Part shown: one piece after another, positions 52,401 through 64,000 of the stretch
Layout of the letters: each line of letters starts with the position of its first letter
Position numbering within the stretch: position 1 is the stretch's first letter
DNA from: Leptogorgia sarmentosa
Lineage: Eukaryota
NCBI GenBank assembly: GCA_964658305.1
Contig: OZ210885.1
Location: forward strand, 25,792,001 to 25,856,000
Direction: 5' to 3'
DNA length: 64,000 nt
Notes under the pieces: model-generated
Databases searched by the model: none
What the model was told of the DNA's origin: nothing
What the model saw: the letters and a program-made list of their open reading frames with translations, nothing else
Translations under genes and position numbers: made by a program

Positions 52401-55400
52401 TAATCATAATCGTGATCGTTAATCATGATGGTTAATCATGATCGTTAATCATAATCCTGATCGTTAATCATATTCATGATCGTTAATCATAATCATGATC
52501 GACAATCATAAACATGACCGCTAATCATAATCATGATCGTTAATGATATTCATGATCGTTAATCATATTCATGAACGTTAATCATAATCATGATTGTCAA
52601 TCATAATCATGACCGCTAATCATAATTATGATAATTAATCAAATTCATGATCGTCAATCATCATCGTTAATCATAATCATGATCGTTAATCATGGTCATG
52701 ATCGTTAATCATAATCATGATCGTAAATCGAATTCCTGATCGTCAATCATCATCGTTAATCATAATCATGATCGTTAATCGTAATCATGATCGTTAATCA
52801 TAATCATGATCGTTAATCATATTCATGATCGTTAATCACAATCATGATCGTTAATCATAATCATGACCGCTAATCATAATTATGATCCTCAATCATATTC
52901 GTGATCGTTAATCATAATCATGATTGTCAATCATAATCATGACCGCAAATCATAATCATGATAGTCAATCATAATCATGATCGTCAATCATGATCGTTAA
53001 TCATATTCATGATCGTTAATCATAATCATGATCGTCAATCATAATCATGACCGCTAATCATAATCATGATAGTCAATCATAATCATGATCGTCAATCATG
53101 ATCGTTAATCATAATCATGATCGTCAATCATGATTGTTAATCATGATCATGATCGTTAATCATATTCATGATCGTTAATCATAATCATGATCGACAATCA
53201 TAATCATGACCGCTAATCATAATCATGATCGTTAATCATGGTCATGATCGTTAATCATGGTCATGATCGTTAATCATAATCATGATCGTAAATCGAATTC
53301 CTGATCGTCAATCATCATCGCTAATCATAATAATGATCGTTAATCGTAATCATGATCGTTAGTGATAATCATGATCGCTAATCATAATCATGGCGGTTAA
53401 TCATAATCATGTTCGTTAATCATAATCATGATCGTTAATCATAATCATGTTCGTTAATCATAATCATGATCGTCAATCATGATCGTCAATCATAATCATG
53501 ATCGTTAATCATGTTCATGATCGTTAATCATAATCATGATCGTCAATCATAATCATGACCGCTAATCATAATCATGATCGTTAATCATGGTCATGATCGT
53601 TAATCATAATCATGATCGTTATTTATATTCATGATCGTTAATCACAATCATGATCGTTAATCATAATCATGATCGTTAATCACGATCATTAAACATAATC
53701 ATGTTCGTTAATCATAATCATGATCGTTGATCTTAATCATGATCGTTAAACACAATCATTATCGTTAATCATAATCATGATCGTTAATATTAATCATGAT
53801 CCTTTATTATAATCATGATTGCTAATCGTGATCGTTAATCATAATCATGATCGTTAGTGATAATCATGATCGCTAATCATAATCATGGCGGTTAATCATA
53901 ATCATGTTCGTTAATCATAATCATGATCGTTAATCATAATCATGTTCGTTAATCATAATCATGATCGTCAATCATGATCGTCAATCATAATCATGATCGT
54001 TAATCATCTTCATGATCGTTAATCATAATCATGATCGTCAATCATAATCATGACCGCTAATCATAATCATGATCGTTAATCATGGTCATGATCGTTAATC
54101 ATAATCATGATCGTAAATCGAATTCCTGATAGTCAATCATCATCCTCAATCATAATCATCATCGTTAATCGTAATCATGATCGTTAATCATAATCATGAT
54201 CGTTAATCATATTCATGATCGTTAATCATAATCGTGATCGTTAATCATAATCATGATCGTTAATCATAAACATGATCGTTAATCATTATCATGACCGCTA
54301 ATCATAATCACGAACGTTAATCATAATCATGATCGTTAATCATAATCGTGATCGTTAATCATGATCATGATCGTTAATCATCATCGTTAATCATCATCGT
54401 TAATCGTAATCATGATCGTTAATCATAATCATGATCTTTAATCATATTCATGATCGTTAATCATAATCGTGATCGTTAATCATAATCATAATCGTTAATC
54501 ATAAACATGATCGTTAATCATTATCATGACCGCTAATCATAATCACGAACGTTAATCATAATCACGATCGTTAATCATAATCATGATCGTTAATATTAAT
54601 CATGATCGTTAATTATAATCATGATTGCTAATCGTGATCGTTAATCATAATCATGATCGTTAGTGATAATCATGATCGCTAATCATAATCATGGCGGTTA
54701 ATCATAATCATGTTCGTTAATCATAATCATGATCGTTAATCATAATCATGTTCGTTAATCATAATCATGATCGTCAATCATGATCGTTAATCATAATCAT
54801 GATAGTTAATCATATTCATGATCGTTAATCATAATCATGATCGTTAATCATAATCATGATCGTTAATCACGATCATTAAACATAATCATGTTCGTTAATC
54901 ATAATCATGATCGTTAATATTAATCATGATCTTTGATCATAATCATGATCGTTAATCATAATCATGACCGCTAATCATAATCATGATCCTCAATCATATT
55001 CGTGATCGTTAATCATAATCATGATCGTCAATCATAATCATGACCGATAATCATAATCATGATAGTCAATCATAATCATGATCGTTAATCACGATCATTA
55101 AACATAATCATGTTCGTTAATCATAATCATGATCGTTGATCTTAAAAATGATCGTTAAACACAATCATTATCGTTAATCATAATCATGATCGTTAATATT
55201 AATCATGATCCTTAATTATAATCATGATTGCAAATCGTGATCGTTAATCATAATCATGATCGTTAGTCATAATCATGATCGCTAATCATAATCATGGCGG
55301 TTAATCATAATCATGTTCATTAATCATAATCATGATCGTTAATCATAATCATGTTCGTTAATCATAATCATGATCGTCAATCATGATCGTTAATCATAAT

Positions 55401-58400
55401 CATGATCGTTAATCATATTCATGATAGTTAATCATAATCTTGATCGTCAATCATAATCATGACCGCTAATCATAATCATGATCGTTAATCATATTCATGA
55501 ACATTAATCATAATCATGATCGTCAATCATAATCATGACCGCTAATCATAATTATGATAATTAATCAAATTCATGATCGTCAATCATCATCGCTAATCAT
55601 AATCATGATTGTTAATCGTAATCATGATCGTTAATCATAATCATGATCGTTAATCATATTCATGATCGTTAATCGCAATCATGATCGTTAATCATAATCA
55701 TGATCGTTAATCACGATCATTAAACATAATCATGTTCGTTAATCATAATCATGATCGTTGATCTCAATCATGATCGTTAAACACAATCATTATCGTTAAT
55801 CATAATCATGATCGTTAATATTAATCATGATCCTTTATTATAATCATGATTGCTAATCGTGATCGTTAATCATAATCATGATCGTTAGTGATAATCATGA
55901 TCGCTAATCATAATCATGGCGGTTAATCATAATCATGTTCGTTAATCATAATCATGATCGTTAATCATAATCATGTTCGTTAATCATAATCATGATCGTT
56001 AATCATAATCATGATCGTTAATCATCTTCATGATCGTTAATCATAATCATGATCGTCAATCATAATCATGACCGCTAATCATAATCATGATTGTTAATCA
56101 TGGTCATGATAGTTAATCATAATCATGATCGTAAATCGAATTCCTGATAGTCAATCATCATCGTCAATCATAATCATCATCGTTAATCGTAATCATGATC
56201 GTTAATCATAATCATGATCGTTAATCATATTCATGATCGTTAATCATAATCGTGATCGTTAATCATAATCATGATCGTTAATCATAAACATGATCGTTAA
56301 TCATTATCATGGCCGCTAATCATAATCACGAACGTTAATCATAATCATGATCGTTAATCATAATCATGATCGTTAATCATAAACATGATCGTTAATCATT
56401 ATCATGACCGCTAATCATAATCACGAACGTTAATCATAATCGTGATCGTTAATCATGATCATGATCGTTAATCATGATCGTTAATTATGATGGTTAATAA
56501 TAATCATGATCGTTAATCATAATCATGATCGTTAATGATAACCATGATCGTCAAAGATAATCATGATCGTTAATCATAATCATGATCGTTAATCATATTC
56601 AGGATCGTTAATCATAATGATGATCGTCAATCATAATCATAATCGTTAATCGTAATCATGATCGTTAATCATAATCATGATCGTTAATCATAATCGTGAT
56701 CGTTAATCATATTCATGATCGTTAATCATAATCATGATCGTTAATCATAATCATGACCGCTAATCATAATCATGATCCTCAATCATATTCGTGATCGTTA
56801 ATCATAATCATGATCGTCAATCATAATCATGACCGCTAATCATAATCATGATCGTTAATCATATTCATGATCGTTAATCATATTCATGAACGTTAATCAT
56901 AATCATGATCGTCAATCATAATCATGACCGCTAATCATAATTATAATAATTAATCAAATTCATGATCGTCAATCATCATCGTTAATCATAATCATGATCG
57001 TTAATCATGGTCATGATCGTTAATCATAATCATCATCATAAATCGAATTCCTGATCGTCAATCATCATCGTTAATCATAATCATGATCGTTAATCGTAAT
57101 CATGATCGTTAATCATAATCATAATCATGATCGTTAATCATATTCATGATCGTTAATCATAATCATGATCGTTAATCATAATCATGATCGTTAATCACGA
57201 TCATTAAACATAATCATGTTCGTTAATCATAATCATGATCGTTGATCTTAATCATGATCGTTAAACACAATCATTATCGTTAATCATATTCATGATCGTT
57301 AATCATAATCATGATCGTTAATCATAATCATGATCGTTAATCACGATCATTAAACATAATCATATTCGTTAATCATAATCATGATCGTTGATCTTAATCA
57401 TGATCGTTAAACACAATCATTATCGTTAATCATAATCATAATCAGTAATGATAATCATGATCGTGAGTCTTTATTATGATCGTTTATCATAAGCATGATC
57501 GTTAATTATGATGGTTAATAATAATCATGATCGTTAATCATAATCATGATCGTTAATGATAACCATGATCGTCAAAGATAATCATGATCGTTAATCATAA
57601 TCATGATCGTTAATCATATTCAGGATCGTTAATCATAATCATGATCGTCAATCATAATCATAATCGTTAATCGTAATCATGATCGTTAATCATAATCATG
57701 ATCGTTAATCATAATCATGATAGTTAATCATAATCATGATCGTTAATCATGATCGTTAATCATAATCATGATCATTAATCATAATCATAATCTTTAATCA
57801 TAATCATGATCGTTAATCAAAATCATTATCGTTAATCATAATCATGATCGTTGATATGATCGCTAATCATGATCTTTGATCATAATCATGATCGTTAATC
57901 AAATTCATGATCGTTAATCATAATCACGATCGTTAATCATAATCATGATCGTTAATCATAATCATGATCATTAATCATAATCAGTAGTGATAATCATGAT
58001 CGTGAATCTTTATTATGATCGTTTATCATAAGCATGATCGTTAATTATAATCATGACAGTTAATCATAATCACGAACGTTAATCATAATCATGATCGTTA
58101 ATCATAATCGTGATCGTTAATCATCATCATGATCGTTAATCATGATCGTTAATCATGATGGTTAATCATAATCATGATCGTTAATCATAACCATGATCGT
58201 CAAACATAATCATGATCGTTAATCATAATCATGATCGACAATCATAATCATGACCGCTAATCATAATCATGATCGTTAATCATATTCATGATCGTTAATC
58301 ATATTCATGAACCTTAATCATAATCATGATCGTCAATCATAATCATGACCGCTAATCATAATTATAATAATTAATCAAATTCATGATCGTCAATCATCAT

Positions 58401-61400
58401 CGTTAATCATAATCATGATCGTTAATCATAATCGTGATCGTTAATCATGATCATGATCGTTAATCATAATCGTTAATCGTAATCATGATCGTTAATCATA
58501 ATCATGATCGTTAATCATATTCATGATCGTTAATCATAATCGTGATCGTTAATCATAATCATGATCGTTAATCATAAACATGATCGTTAATCATTATCAT
58601 GACCGCTAATCATAATCACGAACGTTAATCATAATCATGATCGTTAATCATAATCGTGATCGTTAATCATGATCATGATCGTTAATCATGATCGTTAATC
58701 ATGATCGTTAATCATGATGGTTAATAATAATCATGATCGTTAATCATAATCATGATCGTTAATGATAACCATGATCGTCAAAGATAATCATGATCGTTAA
58801 TCATAATCATGATCGTTAATCATATTCAGGATCGTTAATCATAATGATGATCGTCAATCATAATCATAATCGTTAATCGTAATCATGATCGTTAATCATA
58901 ATCATGATCGTTATTCATAATCATGACCGCTAATCATAATTATGATCCTCAATCATATTCGTGATCGTTAATCATAATCATGATCGTCAATCATAATCAT
59001 GACCGCAAATCATAATCATGATAGTCAATCATAATCATGATCGTCAATCATGATCGTTAATCATATTCATGATCGTTAATCATAATCATGATCGTCAATC
59101 ATAATCATGACCGCTAATCATAATCATGATAGTCGATCATAATCATGATCGTCAATCATGATCGTTAATCATAATCATGATCGTCAATCATGATTGTTAA
59201 TCATAATCATGATCGACAATCATAATCATGACCGCTAATCATAATCATGATCGTTAATCATATTCATGATCGTTAATCATATTGATGAACGTTAATCATA
59301 ATCATGATCGTCAATCATAATCATGACCGCTAATCATAATTATAATAATTAATCAAATTCATGATCCTCAATCATCATCGTTAATCATAATCATGATCGT
59401 TAATCATGGTCATGATCGTTAATCATAATCATGACCGCTAATCATAATCATGATCCTCAATCATATTCGTGATCGTTAATCATAATCATGATCGTCAATC
59501 ATAATCATGACCGCTAATCATAATCATGATCGTTAATCATATTCATGATCGTTAATCATATTCATGAACGTTAATCATAATCATGATCGTCAATCATAAT
59601 CATGACCGCTAATCATAATTATAATAATTAATCAAATTCATGATCGTCAATCATGGTCGTTAATCATAATCAGTAATGATAATCATAATCGTGAATCTTT
59701 ATTGTGACCGTTTATTTTAAGAATGATTGTTAATTATAATCATGATCGTCAATCATAATCATGACCGCTAATCATAATCATGATCGTTAATCATGGTCAT
59801 GATCGTTAATCATAATCATGACCGCTAATCATAATCATGATCCTCAATCATATTCGTGATCGTTAATCATAATCATCATCGTTAATCGTAATCATGATCG
59901 TTAATCATAATCATGATCGTTAATCATATTCATGATCGTTAATCATAATCGTGATCGTTAATCATAATCATGATCGTTAATCATAAACATGATCGTTAAT
60001 CATTATCATGACCGCTAATCATAATCACGAACGTTAATCATAATCATGATCGTTAATCATAATCATGATCGTTAATCATGATCATGATCGTTAATCATGA
60101 TCGTTAATCATGATGGTTAATAATAATCATGATCGTTATTCATAATCATGATCGTTAATGATAACCATGATCGTCAAAGATAATCATGATCGTTAATCAT
60201 AATCATGATCGTTAATCATCTTCAGGATCGTTAATCATAATGATGATCGTCAATCATAATCGTTAATCGTAATCATGATCGTTAATCATAATCATGATCG
60301 TTAATCATAATCATAATCGCTAATCAAAATCATGATGGTTAATCATAATCATGGTCGTTAATCATAATCATGATCGTTAATCATGGTCGTAAATCATAAT
60401 CATGATCCTCAATCATATTCGTGATCGTTAATCATAATCATGATCGTCAATCATGATCATGACCGCTAATCATAATCATGATAGTCAATCATAATCATGA
60501 TCGTCAATCATGATCGTTAATCATATTCATGATCGTTAATCATAATCATGATCGTCAATCATCATCATGATTGTTAATCATAATCATGATCGTCAATCAT
60601 GATTGTTAATCATAATCATGATCGTTAATCATATTCATGATCGTTAATCATAATCATGATCGACAATCATAATCATGACCGCTAATCATAATCATGATCG
60701 TTAATCATGGTCATGATCGTTAATCATAATCATGATCGTAAATCGAATTCCTGATCGTCAATCATCATCGTTAATCATAATCATGATCGTTAATCGTAAT
60801 CATGATCGTTAATCATAATCATGATCGTTAATCATATTCATGATCGTTAATCACAATCATGATCGTTAATCATAATCATGATCGTTAATCATAACCATGA
60901 TCCTTAATCGTAATCATGATCGTTAATCATAGTCATCATCGTTAATCATATTCAGGGTCTTTAATCATATTCATGATCGTTAATCATAATCATGATCGTT
61001 AAGCATAATCATGATCGTTAATCATAATCATGATCGTTAATCATGATCGTTTATAATAATCATGATCATTAATCATAATCATAATCTTTAATCATGATCA
61101 TGATCGTTAATCATAACCATGATCGTCAATGATAATTATGATCGTTAATCATAATCATGATCGCTAATCATATTCAGGATTGTTAATCATAATCATGATC
61201 CTCAATCATAATCATAATCATAATCGCTAATCAAAATCATGATGGTTAATCATAATCATGGTCGTTAATCATAATCATGATCGTTAATCATGGTCGTAAA
61301 TCATAATCATGATCATTAATCATAATCATAATCTTTAATCATAATCATGATCGTTAATCAAATTCACGGCCGTTAATCATGATCGTTAATCATAGTCATG

Positions 61401-64000
61401 ATCGTTAATCATAATCATGATCGTTAACCATAATCAGTAATGGTAATCATGATCGTGAGTCTTTATTATGATCGTTTATCATAAGCATGATCGTTAATTA
61501 TAATCATGACAGTTAATCATAATCATGAACGTTAATCATATTAATGATCGTTAATCATAATCATGATCGTCAATCATAATCGTGACCGCTAATCATAATC
61601 ATGATTGTTAATCATATTCATGATCGTCAATCATGATCGTTAATCATATTCATGATCGTTAATCATAATCATGATCGTCAATCATCATGATGTTCGTTAA
61701 TCAAAATCACGATCGTCAATCATGATCGTTAATCATAATCCTGATCGTAAATCGAATTCCTGATCGTCAATCATCATCGTTAATCATAATCATGATCGTT
61801 AATCGTAATCATGATCGTTAATCATAATCATGATCGTTAATCATATTCATGATCGTTAATCACAATCATGATCGTTAATCATAATCATGATCGTTAATCA
61901 CGATCATTAAACATAATCATGTTCGTTAATCATAATCATGATCGTTAATATTAATCATGATCCTTAATTATAATCATGATTGCTAATCGTGATCGTTAAT
62001 CAATCATGATCGTTAGTCATAATCATCATCGCTAATCATAATCATGGCGGTTAATCATAATCATGTTCGTTAATCATAATCATGATCGTTAATCATAATC
62101 ATGTTCGTTAATCATAATCATGATCGTTAATCATAATCATGATCGTTAATCATCTTCATGATCGTTAATCATAATCATGATCGTCAATCATAATCATGAC
62201 CGCTAATCATAATCATGATCGTTAATCATGGTCATGATCGTTAATCATAATCATGATCGTAAATCAAATTCCTGATAGTCAATCATCATCGTCAATCATA
62301 ATCATCATCGTTAATCGTAATCATGATCGTTAATCATAATCATGATCGTTAATCATATTCATGATCGTTAATCATAATCGTGATCGTTAATCATAATCAT
62401 GATCGTTAATCATAAACATGATCGTTAATCATTATCATGACCGCTAATCATAATCAGGAACGTTAATCATAATCATGATCGTTAATCATAATCGTGATCG
62501 TTAATCATGATCATGATCGTTAATCATGATCGTTAATTATGATGGTTAATAATAATCATGATCGTTAATCATAACCATGATCGTCAAACATAATCATGAT
62601 CGTTAATCATAATCATGATCGTTAATCATAATCATGATCGTTAATGATAACCATGATCGTCAAAGATAATCATGATCGTTAATCATAATCATGATCGTTA
62701 ATCATATTCAGGATCGTTAATCATAATCATGATCGTCAATCATAATCATAATCAAAATTAATTCAAAATTCATGATCGTTAGTCATAATCATGATCGTTA
62801 ATCATGATCGATAATCATGATCGTTAATCATGATCGTTAATCATAATCATGGTCGTCATTCATAATCACTATCGTTAATCATAACCATGATCGTCAATGA
62901 TAATCATGATTGTTAATCATAATCATGATCGTCAATCATAATGATGATCGCTAATCATGATGGTTAATCATAATCATGGTTGTTAATCAATATCGTTCAT
63001 AATTATTATGATCGTTAATCATAATCATGATCTTAATCGTAATCATGATCGTTGATCATGATCGTTAATCATAATCATGGTCGTTAATCATAATCAGTAA
63101 TGATAATCATAATCGTGAATCTTTATTGTGACCGTTTATTTTAAGAATGATTGTTAATTATAATCATGATCGTCAATCATAATCATGACCGCTAATCATA
63201 ATCATGATCGTTAATCATGGTCATGATCGTTAATCATAATCATGATCGTAAATCGAATTCCTGATAGTCAATCATCATCGTCAATCATAATCATCATCGT
63301 TAATCGTAATCATGATCGTTAATCATAATCATGATCGTTAATCATATTCATGATCGTTAATCATAATCGTGATCGTTAATCATAATCATGATCGTTAATC
63401 ATAAACATGATCGTTAATCATTATCATGACCGCTAATCATAATCACGAACGTTAATCATAATCATGATCGTTAATCATAATCATGATCGTTAATCATGAT
63501 CATGATCGTTAATCATGATCGTTAATCATGATGGTTAATAATAATCATGATCGTTATTCATAATCATGATCGTTAATGATAACCATGATCGTCAAAGATA
63601 ATCATGATCGTTAATCATAATCATGATCGTTAATCATCTTCAGGATCGTTAATCATAATGATGATCGTCAATCATAATCATAATCGTTAATCGTAATCAT
63701 GATCGTTAATCATAATCATGATCGTTAATCATAATCATAATCGCTAATCAAAATCATGATGGTTAATCATAATCATGGTCGTTAATCATAATCATGATCG
63801 TTAATCATGGTCGTAAATCATAATCATGATCCTCAATCATATTCGTGATCGTTAATCATAATCATGATCGTCAATCATGATCATGACCGCTAATCATAAT
63901 CATGATAGTCAATCATAATCATGATCGTCAATCATGATCGTTAATCATATTCATGATCGTTAATCATAATCATGATCGTCAATCATCATCATGATTGTTA
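43414..64000. repeat. Satellite array 2 (>20.5 kb, runs off the window), same 19-bp family
   Basis: Continuous tandem repeat. Opens with the same variant series as array 1. Confidence 0.98.

Noticed and set aside
25247..64000. CRISPR array or telomeric repeat
   Set aside because: No unique spacers, eukaryotic context, and no G-rich TTAGGG-like strand.

Overview
Eukaryotic, metazoan window (the rRNA reads as cnidarian/medusozoan-like, which is my impression only). It appears to capture the decaying edge of a 45S rDNA array where it runs into a large AT-rich satellite. From left to right: (1) a frameshifted CR1/L2-type LINE on the minus strand (1-3973), fused directly to a 28S fragment; (2) a defective R2 retrotransposon at the canonical 28S R2 site (4045-6281); (3) a 4,428-bp element (6834-11261) carrying a degenerate Helitron-like Rep N-terminus plus an unknown ORF, inserted at GGGATAA^CTGGC, i.e. 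the peptidyl-transferase centre of 28S, and flanked by ATAA direct repeats; (4) one complete but mutated 18S-ITS1-5.8S-ITS2-28S unit, preceded by a spacer of only ~0.6 kb and interrupted by a second copy of the same element; (5) an 18S truncated after ~326 bp and fused to a 19-bp satellite (AATCATAATCATGATCGTT); (6) an ~18-kb segmental duplication of element remnant + 28S 3' end + spacer + 18S 5' end + satellite; (7) more than 20 kb of satellite with higher-order structure. The 18S|satellite junction has also been copied into the Helitron-like element. The most novel candidate is the PTC-inserted Helitron-like element. This window alone cannot distinguish rDNA target specificity from a single insertion amplified by duplication.
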